DNA of 64,000 bases from IMG/VR virus record IMGVR_UViG_3300048995_000008, positions 31,653 to 95,652 of that record. One strand, 5' to 3'. This DNA is from a virus (lineage: Duplodnaviria; Caudoviricetes). Made by a program: the position numbers and the translations under genes. The notes under the pieces are model-generated. The model saw only the letters and a program-made list of their open reading frames with translations. It was not told the origin of the DNA and did no database searches. Positions 1-7,484 of the stretch are shown here, one piece after another (position 1 is the first letter of the stretch; each line of letters begins with the position of its first letter).

Positions 1-210
1 ACGGCGCGTGCCGCACAGGTGCGGCGCAGCGCTACAGCGTTAGTCCTCGGCGTGTCTGGGGCGCACGCGTGCCCTGGCACAGTGTGCGCCCGTGACTAGG
101 CGATGTATCCTGGCCTCAGGTCACGACGGACAGTGCCTGCCCGGCACCGCGGACTGCATAGAAGATCTATGCACGCTTGAGCGAAGAACTATAGACGTAT
201 TTGAGGCGAA

Positions 211-432
211 TTGCTGCGTGATCACCAGTGCGGACGGATGGCCGGAGATCAGCATCCCGACAACTGGTCTGCGATCGTCGATGCAGAGAATGACCTTGTT
301 TGTCTCGTCCCGCCGCATGTCTCGCAATACGCACCGCCAGCGACTGAGCAGGATCAGCAGCTAGAGTCGAGAGTCAGAGCGCAGATTATCTGTGACATGC
401 TCAACGCCGTGCAGAATAGAGAACTACGATGA
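211..432 (+). CDS. hypothetical protein
   Basis: ORF whose stop overlaps the next start (ATGA at 429-432); start uncertain. Confidence 0.4.
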   Translation: MLRDHQCGRMAGDQHPDNWSAIVDAENDLVCLVPPHVSQYAPPATEQDQQLESRVRAQIICDMLNAVQNRELR

Positions 433-1319
433 TATCAGTGATCGGTGACATCATGCTTGACGAATATATCGAAGGTGTCGTAACGAGAATCAGCCCTGAG
501 GCTCCAGTGCCGATCTTCCTAGAAATCTCACGACGATTCAGCCTTGGTGGCGCAGCCAACGTCGCTTGTGGCGTCGCCGCGATGACGAACAACGTGCGTG
601 GATTCGGTGTCGTAGGTGTAGACACTGATGCTGAGTCAGTGAGAACCCTACTACACAGAGCAACACCTAATCTCACTGCTCTGACAGAGCATGGTCGTAG
701 AACGACTAAGAAGTCACGATACGTTGTCGGTGGACATCAACTGATGCGTGTGGATGCTGAAGACACGAGTGATGTTAGTTCAACAGTGACCAGAAGGATC
801 TTAGAGACTGTCTCTGCTCAAGAGCCAAGTGTTATCATTCTATCAGACTACGCTAAGGGAGTACTGACGCAGGAACTATGTCACAGCGTGATCAAGGATC
901 GTCGCAATAGAGTAATCGTAGATCCAAAGAGACCAGACTGGACGAGATACGCAGGTGCATACTTGATCACACCAAATACTGAGGAACTGCTGCTCGCCAA
1001 GCAGTTTGAGTCTCTTGCTTGTAAGGAGAGTGAGGTAGTTAGATCACTGATGACACGTCATCAGATTGCTAACTGCCTCGTGACTCTTGGTAGTCTTGGC
1101 ATGAAACTCTACGCAGAAGACGGATCAGTCACGCACATGCCAGCTGTTTCGCGCGACGTGGTTGATGTGACCGGCGCTGGAGATACTGTTGTCGCTGTCG
1201 TGGCAGCGCGGACAGCAGCTGGAGACGATCTGAGGAAAGCTGTTAAGGTCGCCTGCGTTGCTGCCGGCATAGCGGTGACCAAGCGTGGTGTCTACACAGT
1301 GAGGAAGGAAGAGCTGTGA
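429..1319 (+). CDS. rfaE1: HldE/RfaE domain I-like D-glycero-beta-D-manno-heptose-7-phosphate kinase (PfkB family), stand-alone kinase domain
   Basis: Signature VIGDIMLDEY..G.V.RISPEAPVP, GGAANVA, SDYAKGVL, VDPK, TPN..E and PfkB motif DVTGAGDTV. Confidence 0.93.
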   Translation: MISVIGDIMLDEYIEGVVTRISPEAPVPIFLEISRRFSLGGAANVACGVAAMTNNVRGFGVVGVDTDAESVRTLLHRATPNLTALTEHGRRTTKKSRYVVGGHQLMRVDAEDTSDVSSTVTRRILETVSAQEPSVIILSDYAKGVLTQELCHSVIKDRRNRVIVDPKRPDWTRYAGAYLITPNTEELLLAKQFESLACKESEVVRSLMTRHQIANCLVTLGSLGMKLYAEDGSVTHMPAVSRDVVDVTGAGDTVVAVVAARTAAGDDLRKAVKVACVAAGIAVTKRGVYTVRKEEL

Positions 1320-2320
1320 ACAAGATATTCTCATTCGTCAAGGTCACGGATAGCTCTATAGTGGCTAGTGCTAGAATAGCCAGATTCGTGAGCGATCTGA
1401 TTGAGACGCCACTGTGCTGGGACGCTGCGATCGGTGATGATCCACTAGACGTACTAGTCATAGTCGGTGGTGCATACGCATTCGCAGGTGATGACGTACT
1501 GAGCTCACTCGGCGAAGCGATTCGACAGACGAGGCGACTTGTCTGGATCCAGAATGACTACACAGTCGTGCCACCGAAGGATCAGTCTGGCGCTGAGTCT
1601 CCATTTCGCAGAGCATTCAGAGATCGAGCATCGTCTGGTGCTGCACCGACAGATTTCTGGTCTACGGTCAAGACTATGACCAGACCCGGACTAGTGGTCG
1701 ACAAGACGAAGACAGGCTGGCGCGTCGGTGAAGACTCAAGATACGTGAACTGGAACGCACTGACGTTCGACACAGCGGATAGACGATTCGTCACAGCAGA
1801 CGTTGACACTGACAAGGAGTCACTGTTCTACTATGGTTCATATCGTGATGGACCTGGCAAGAAGTGCCGAGTCAAGTACTTTGATCAGTACTTCGTGGCT
1901 CCAATGACACGAACAGTAGTCAGCAGTCCTTCGTCCAAGTTCGCCGAGAGATACAGTGACGTGACGTGCGTGCCTAAGCTGACTGGTAGTCTGAGCCACG
2001 CGCTGTGTCGATACGGTCTTGGACTCTACGTAGAAGATCCAAGGTCTCACGAAGAGTTTCACTCACCTGCAAACCGATTCTATGAGATGCTCAGTGCAGG
2101 ACTGCCGATGATCTTTCAGCCAGAATCAAAGCGCATGCTAGCAGAGGCAGGCTATGACGTCTCAGAGTTTACAGCATGGCGCAGCGAGGTACCTGGGATG
2201 ATGGCGATCAATGCGACAATCGCCGCTAGACAGCGAGAAATGTGGTGGGAGACTGCCCTTGCCGAGAAGAAATCACTGGAGCGACTAGTTCAGTCAGCTT
2301 GGGTGAAGGTGACTGGGTGA
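1316..2320 (+). CDS. GT-B glycosyltransferase, T4 DNA beta-glucosyltransferase-like
   Basis: LFYYGSYRDG resembles BGT VIYGGSFRSG; C-terminal D..SHEEFHSPANRFYEMLSAGLPMIF resembles the BGT/GT-B nucleotide-sugar-binding R-x-x-E helix. Confidence 0.7.
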   Translation: MNKIFSFVKVTDSSIVASARIARFVSDLIETPLCWDAAIGDDPLDVLVIVGGAYAFAGDDVLSSLGEAIRQTRRLVWIQNDYTVVPPKDQSGAESPFRRAFRDRASSGAAPTDFWSTVKTMTRPGLVVDKTKTGWRVGEDSRYVNWNALTFDTADRRFVTADVDTDKESLFYYGSYRDGPGKKCRVKYFDQYFVAPMTRTVVSSPSSKFAERYSDVTCVPKLTGSLSHALCRYGLGLYVEDPRSHEEFHSPANRFYEMLSAGLPMIFQPESKRMLAEAGYDVSEFTAWRSEVPGMMAINATIAARQREMWWETALAEKKSLERLVQSAWVKVTG

Positions 2321-3438
2321 AGATACTGATTCCTACTCGGGCGAGGCCTGATCGACAGATCACAGCAGACGCGTTATGCGAAGCTGGCATCCCATACACA
2401 CTTGTTCGCACCATCGGGGATGAGACTGTCTATCCTTCTCACCACGATCAGGTCTGGGCGCCAGTGAGTGGCATCATGGACAAGCGGAACTGGATCATGG
2501 ATCAGACACTCGTGGGACAGTGGGCTGGCGGATTTTGTGCTGACGGCAAGCGCATCGATCCAGGTAATCAGAAGATTCTGGTCATAGACGACGACGTCAG
2601 ATTCTATCGTGTCGACGAGCTCACACTTGATACGCCCGGACGCGAGGTACAAGGATATCGCTTTCTACCGAGCTGTCGGCATGACTTGCGCGAGATGGTT
2701 AGCCTGATCTCTATGCGTCTTGACGACTACGCACATGTCGGTGTAGTGCGGCGCTACGGCGCGCACCAGATGACACAGCCATTCACGCTCAATGCGAAAT
2801 GTCTGCATGTGCTCGGCTACAATCTCGCAAGATTTCCTAAGCCTTTTCCGCGGTACAGACTGACTACTGGCAGTGACGTTGACTATCAGCTGCAGCTGAC
2901 GTCACTCGCCGGCAGCTGCTTCCTGACGACAGAGTTCTGTCACGAGGAGGCACCGATGCATCGCGCTGGCGGTTGTGCCCTGTGGCGAACGCCGCAGTTG
3001 ATCGCAGAAGGAATGTCAAGACTGCAGGCGCTGTGGCCTGACTATGTGTTCCTCAGGACAGACAGTGACGGCACAACAGCCTGCCGTGTTGCGTTGAAGA
3101 AACTTGCGCTGGACCATGGTCACCCGGGTGTTCCGGCTCAGATCGAGGAGGCACACCGGGCTCACGTCGCTGCGCTCGAGGCGAAGAGACGCAGTCTGAT
3201 GACTGAAGAGCAGCAGACAGAGTCTGATCGCCGACAGGCTGACGCGAGCACAGCGTCGCGCGAGCGACTGAGAGCGCGGATGGACGCGATGACTCCGTCA
3301 GAGCGCAAGGAGTTCCGCAGACAGCGACGCGAAGTAGCTGAGTTGCGGAAGAAAGCGCGCACTGAACAAATGAAGGCTGAGCTGCGTCTGCAGCTGATGA
3401 GTGAGACGACACAAACACCGATAGGAGAAGACCCATGA
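2317..3438 (+). CDS. GT-A glycosyltransferase, TAGT/JGT/GREB1-like, with charged coiled-coil C-terminal tail
   Basis: GTG start overlaps upstream stop; ILIPTRAR, KRNWI, DxD motif VIDDDV, SDVDY..Q, GGC motif. Confidence 0.75.
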   Translation: MKILIPTRARPDRQITADALCEAGIPYTLVRTIGDETVYPSHHDQVWAPVSGIMDKRNWIMDQTLVGQWAGGFCADGKRIDPGNQKILVIDDDVRFYRVDELTLDTPGREVQGYRFLPSCRHDLREMVSLISMRLDDYAHVGVVRRYGAHQMTQPFTLNAKCLHVLGYNLARFPKPFPRYRLTTGSDVDYQLQLTSLAGSCFLTTEFCHEEAPMHRAGGCALWRTPQLIAEGMSRLQALWPDYVFLRTDSDGTTACRVALKKLALDHGHPGVPAQIEEAHRAHVAALEAKRRSLMTEEQQTESDRRQADASTASRERLRARMDAMTPSERKEFRRQRREVAELRKKARTEQMKAELRLQLMSETTQTPIGEDP

Positions 3439-3590
3439 CGACAGAGCAAGACACTGATAATACAGACGAGACAAGCAGCAGCACTGACCAGGAGCCAGCT
3501 GTTCCAGAGGACGGTGATGACGAGGATGAGGAGGAGGATGAAGATGAGGAGGACGAGGAAGATGATGAGGAAGATGATGACGACGAGTAG
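3435..3590 (+). CDS. 51-aa highly acidic micro-protein (possible DNA mimic)
   Basis: Not in ORF track; AGGAG RBS at 3423, ATGA overlap, translates MTTEQDTDNTDETSSSTDQEPAVPEDGDDEDEEEDEDEEDEEDDEEDDDDE*. Confidence 0.75.
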   Translation: MTTEQDTDNTDETSSSTDQEPAVPEDGDDEDEEEDEDEEDEEDDEEDDDDE

Positions 3591-3596
3591 CTGACC

Positions 3597-4193
3597 ATGT
3601 CTCGGCGGATTCTCATACTCGGTCCTCACGGGGCTGGCAAGTCAACACTCGTGCGGCAAGTCATGTCGCTGCACGAGCGTCGAACTGTCGTTCCTGGCGG
3701 TGTCGGTGAGCTGCCGCTCGGCTACGAGCTGCGTCGCGATTACGATCAGCCTGCAGCGCAGCTGGTCGTGATCGGCAACTATGAGGAGACGCTTCGGGAT
3801 CACTACGGCATGCATCAGTTCGAGCGCTATCGGTCGAATTTCATCGCAGCGTTAGAGTACGCTACGACTGCCGAGTGCTCTGTACTGATGGAGGGTGGTC
3901 TCACACGGCGGCGAAGACTAGAGACTGAGGAAGGGAAGCGGTTCTGTGATGGGCTGCTTACGATATGGCTGTGTCCGGCCAACGCTGCGAGATGCATGCG
4001 CGTCGGACTGACTGACGAGCAGTATCATCGTAGTCATGCAGCGTCGATCGCTGTGGCGAAAACAGTTGAGGATAATGGCGCTGAGGTGCATCGCACCTGT
4101 CATCGCGAGGATGCACTGAAGTGGGTGTGCGACGTCGTCGACGATCGCCTGGACTACAGGCGAGCAGCAGTCTTTCAGACTGACTATAGGTGA
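3597..4193 (+). CDS. P-loop nucleotide kinase (5-hmdU DNA kinase / dNMP kinase-like)
   Basis: Walker A GPHGAGKST, PLGY..VIGNYE, Walker B-like VLMEG; near the TS homolog. Confidence 0.7.
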   Translation: MSRRILILGPHGAGKSTLVRQVMSLHERRTVVPGGVGELPLGYELRRDYDQPAAQLVVIGNYEETLRDHYGMHQFERYRSNFIAALEYATTAECSVLMEGGLTRRRRLETEEGKRFCDGLLTIWLCPANAARCMRVGLTDEQYHRSHAASIAVAKTVEDNGAEVHRTCHREDALKWVCDVVDDRLDYRRAAVFQTDYR

Positions 4194-4219
4194 AACAGCT
4201 GCTGTTAGACGTTCGTGCA

Positions 4220-4249
4220 TTGCTAACTACGCGGTAACCGTAGTATCCT
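4220..4249 (+). promoter_or_regulatory. putative sigma70-type promoter with internal inverted repeat
   Basis: TTGCTA-N18-TATCCT; CTACG..CGTAG inverted repeat in the spacer; followed by AGGAGG RBS. Confidence 0.4.
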
Positions 4250-4267
4250 GGCACAGGAGGCTTAGGC

Positions 4268-4420
4268 ATGTCTATTCAGGTCCTCACGCACCTCGGCCAT
4301 GCCGTGGCCACGCGCTTCGCGATGTGCGAGTCACTCGGAAGGCCGGTGTATATTCACTTGGTGCTGGACGTGTCGTGGTCTAGGGACGTGAAGAGATACG
4401 TGTACAGGACAAGAGGTTGA
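4268..4420 (+). CDS. 50-aa hypothetical protein
   Basis: AGGAGG RBS then ATG; below ORF-track cutoff. Confidence 0.5.
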   Translation: MSIQVLTHLGHAVATRFAMCESLGRPVYIHLVLDVSWSRDVKRYVYRTRG

Positions 4421-4421
4421 C

Positions 4422-4745
4422 ATGATGCTGTTGACACTGCTGAGCTTCGTTAGACACGATGACAGCTGTGACCGACTCGAGTGCGACTGTGGTCTATATG
4501 TTCTCATAGATGCGCTTACCGTCGCTGAACTGACGACGCTGGAGACCGTAAACTCAAACATCGTAGAGTCATACAGGCGCCAGAAGAAGATGACTGACCT
4601 ACACGGTCTCGCACTAGAGTGGTTCAAGGGACATGACCGTCCGTGCGAACAGAATGGCGAGTGGAGACATACTGACGAGCATAGTGAGCTAGACCGTAGG
4701 CTGCGCGAGGCAGTCGGTGCATCACCAACAGTGACCAATCGATGA
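4422..4745 (+). CDS. hypothetical protein
   Basis: ORF coupled to the TS gene by ATGA overlap. Confidence 0.55.
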   Translation: MMLLTLLSFVRHDDSCDRLECDCGLYVLIDALTVAELTTLETVNSNIVESYRRQKKMTDLHGLALEWFKGHDRPCEQNGEWRHTDEHSELDRRLREAVGASPTVTNR

Positions 4746-5881
4746 GAGTTATTCGTGCTCGCAATGTTCACGAGGCTCTGCCTCGAGCGATGCAGATTCT
4801 TGCAGATGACGGCGTCACGCAGCCGTCGCGCAACGGCGACGTAGTGCGACTGACGGAGCCGGTCTCAACTGTCTACACACGACCGTGTGAACGTGTCGAG
4901 TTTCACCCGTGGCGCGACTCGAATCCTTTTCTGCACTTCTACGAGTCACTGTGGATGCTCGCAGGTCGTCGCGACGTGGCGCCACTGGCGCGCTACGCAA
5001 AGCAGATGGAGCAGTACAGCGACGACGGGGAGACGCTGAACGCTGCTTACGGGTACAGGTGGCGTCACGCCAGCCCAGTCTCGTCGCAGGGTCGGCACGA
5101 CGGCACTGACCAGCTTCCTGTCATCTGCGACGCTCTCCGTGCTGACCCGATCTCTCGTCAGCAGGTACTGCAGATCTGGGATCATCGCGAGGATCTAGGC
5201 ACGCAGACCAGGGACCACGCTTGCAACCTGACCGCGACGTTTCAGGTACAGAATGGGCGACTCGATATGGTCGTGTTCTGTCGCAGCAACGACGCCATCT
5301 GGGGCTGCTATGGTGCGAACGCCGTACATTTCTCCATGCTGCAGGAGTACGTCGCGCGACGAGCAGGATTCGACGTCGGTACGTATACGCAGATCAGCGT
5401 GAACTGGCACGCGTACACTGATGTGTACGACAAGATGCAGGGAAAGAGACTACGCTGTGACGACATAGTCAGAATTATCAGATCTTCAACTGGAGCCAAA
5501 GTCATCGACAGCGTCAGTCCGTACGACAGTCTTCTGATGAGCGTCGCGCCGTATCCTATCGCCGCAGACAGCACAGATTTCGCCCGGTGGGACGCTCTGT
5601 GTAAAGCGTTCGTGTCTGCAGACGGTCAGTTGCCTCAGATGTGCAGGCGCCAGGACTTCATATATCCGTTCTTCCGCGATGTCGCCTGGCCGATCGTTGC
5701 GGCACATGATCTCTACAAGGATGGTGTCTATACCTCGCCGCGAGGTGACAAGAAGACACCGTGGGACGACATCTATGCGACACTAGACGAGTGCCAGGCG
5801 AGCGACTGGCGACTGGCGTGCAGGATGTGGATGATGCGAAGACAGGCTAGGCACGTGTTGAAGACTGACGCCAATGGCTAA
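4742..5881 (+). CDS. thymidylate synthase-family dUMP hydroxymethylase (5-hmdUMP synthesis)
   Basis: SRNG, YGYRWR, SRQ.V.QIWD, catalytic DHACN, RSNDAIWGCYGANAVHF with Asn at the base-specificity position, NWHAY; matches the phage hmdU-type clade rather than ThyA (RSCD..LG.PFN). Confidence 0.85.
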   Translation: MRVIRARNVHEALPRAMQILADDGVTQPSRNGDVVRLTEPVSTVYTRPCERVEFHPWRDSNPFLHFYESLWMLAGRRDVAPLARYAKQMEQYSDDGETLNAAYGYRWRHASPVSSQGRHDGTDQLPVICDALRADPISRQQVLQIWDHREDLGTQTRDHACNLTATFQVQNGRLDMVVFCRSNDAIWGCYGANAVHFSMLQEYVARRAGFDVGTYTQISVNWHAYTDVYDKMQGKRLRCDDIVRIIRSSTGAKVIDSVSPYDSLLMSVAPYPIAADSTDFARWDALCKAFVSADGQLPQMCRRQDFIYPFFRDVAWPIVAAHDLYKDGVYTSPRGDKKTPWDDIYATLDECQASDWRLACRMWMMRRQARHVLKTDANG

Positions 5882-5970
5882 TAGGACTGCTGCCGGCCTG
5901 AGCCTTGGTCCGCAGATTGGCACGGATGGCTTAGTGAGAGATCTATTTCGCTGCCTTAGAGGACACGAAG

Positions 5971-6037
5971 AGCTGGTGCAGTTGAGTACAGCTGGTGCAG
6001 TTGAGTACAGCTGGTACAGCTGGTGCAGCTGAGTATA
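5971..6037. repeat. degenerate 19-bp tandem repeat (AGCTGGTGCAGTTGAGTAC)
   Basis: Two exact copies plus one truncated and one variant copy in the TS-HD intergenic gap. Confidence 0.8.
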
Positions 6038-6053
6038 GCAAGGAGACAGTCTG

Positions 6054-6587
6054 ATGCAGACTAGCGACACCTTCCTTCATGCCCTATCTCTCCGTGCTTC
6101 CGGCTACGTCAAGCGCTGGCACACCATCCACACGATGCGCGAGCAGAGTGTTGCGTCACATTCTGGACAGGCTGTCTCGCTGCTGCTGTGTCTTCATCCG
6201 TCGCCGTCTCTGAACCTGATCAAGGCAGTACTCTGGCACGACTGTAGCGAGCGAGTCGTTGGCGACGCACCGTCACCCGGGTTGCGTGCGTTTCCGGAGT
6301 ATCGGAGGATGTACGAACAGCTAGAGATGGTCGTGGCGCTGCGGGATCACCCGTCGATGTACGACGCCATCGTCGCTCTCAATGATGACGAGCGACAGTG
6401 GCTTCGAGCAATAGACGTGCTCGAAGCATTCCTCTTCTCACAAGAGGAGGTAAAGCTCGGCAACAGTCAGTTCAGTGTAGTGACTGGCCGATTGTACGAC
6501 GCGCTCAACATGGAGGGAACGCCAGCGCCGGTGATTGCGTTTCGCGACTGGTACCTACCTGAGGGAAGAGACAGGAGCTTCGCGTGA
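6054..6587 (+). CDS. HD-domain 5'-deoxynucleotidase (YfbR/DatZ-like)
   Basis: VKRWH..QSVASHS, HD.SE..GD.PSP, D.LEA. Confidence 0.85.
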   Translation: MQTSDTFLHALSLRASGYVKRWHTIHTMREQSVASHSGQAVSLLLCLHPSPSLNLIKAVLWHDCSERVVGDAPSPGLRAFPEYRRMYEQLEMVVALRDHPSMYDAIVALNDDERQWLRAIDVLEAFLFSQEEVKLGNSQFSVVTGRLYDALNMEGTPAPVIAFRDWYLPEGRDRSFA

Positions 6588-7381
6588 TTACGACTGTAGA
6601 CTACTCTAAGACGCCGCACGTTTTCAGGGCTAGTGGCATCCCTGACACTTGTAGTCTGTGTGGAAAATCGTATGAATCTTATGCTGTGCATCTAAAATTA
6701 CCTGATGTGATGAACAGCGATGCGCAGCTCACTGCTGACCTCAATGAGGCGAGGGGGAGCTTGCGTGCGGCTAACTTGGAGATTAGACAACTCAAGGCTG
6801 ACATTCACCTCAGAGAGAAGGAGCATCAACGGACACTGATGTCCGAGTCGACCGATGTTCGTTACAGACATCACATCCAATTCGTCTCTGGAGACGATGT
6901 TGCTCATCTTCTGAAGAAGGACGAGGAGTACGGTGCTTCGTGGAAGCGTCGTGGCGGCGTCGGGGCCTACATGATGATGATCCGCAAGATCGATCGAATC
7001 GTGGCACTGATCCCAGAGCCTGATGGCCATCCGACTCACGGCTTCGACGTGTTCGCGATGCTGGCGGACGAGAGCGTAGGTGGGAGCGAGCAGCTGCTGG
7101 ACACGATGAGAGATCTGAGAGGGTACCTGACGCTGATAGAGGCGGAGCATAGAGTGCGCACGGGAGATCTCTCGAAGCAGCCAGTCACGTACGAAGAGGT
7201 GATGAGCACACCACCAGACCTCGTGTGTCCTGGCTTCAGCTGTGGCCGCATACCCGTACTACAGACTGCAGAGACTACGAGCTGCAGTGCAAGAGAAGCC
7301 AAGGCCAATAGTCAGCCAACAAGATCCGAGACCGCGACACATGGTGCCGAGCCGTCTGAAGACGACGACATACCATTCTGA
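6584..7381 (+). CDS. Nmad1/DUF1599-like (MazG-like all-alpha NTP pyrophosphatase) protein with N-terminal CxxC/coiled coil and DDDIPF tail
   Basis: KKDEEYGASW..RG..G......RKIDRI...DT.RDL.GY; ends EDDDIPF. Confidence 0.7.
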   Translation: MITTVDYSKTPHVFRASGIPDTCSLCGKSYESYAVHLKLPDVMNSDAQLTADLNEARGSLRAANLEIRQLKADIHLREKEHQRTLMSESTDVRYRHHIQFVSGDDVAHLLKKDEEYGASWKRRGGVGAYMMMIRKIDRIVALIPEPDGHPTHGFDVFAMLADESVGGSEQLLDTMRDLRGYLTLIEAEHRVRTGDLSKQPVTYEEVMSTPPDLVCPGFSCGRIPVLQTAETTSCSAREAKANSQPTRSETATHGAEPSEDDDIPF

Positions 7382-7484
7382 TGTTCATCAAGATAATACG
7401 CAGAATTCTATGCTGTCTTGGTCGCCATGGACCGCTAGACTTCTGGTGCGACAGTTGCGAGCACTGTCACAGATACGTAGATAA

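Noticed and set aside
429-2320. Host LPS biosynthesis operon or contamination
   Set aside because: The genes are overlap-coupled into the phage DNA-modification cluster with similar composition; an LPS-modifying role is less parsimonious but not fully excluded
3053-3629. Minus-strand poly-Ser and hydrophobic ORFs
   Set aside because: Antisense shadows of the acidic micro-gene and GT tail on the + strand
4742-5881. Ordinary ThyA or dCMP hydroxymethylase
   Set aside because: Lacks the ThyA LG.PFN pattern and has Asn, not Asp, at the specificity site
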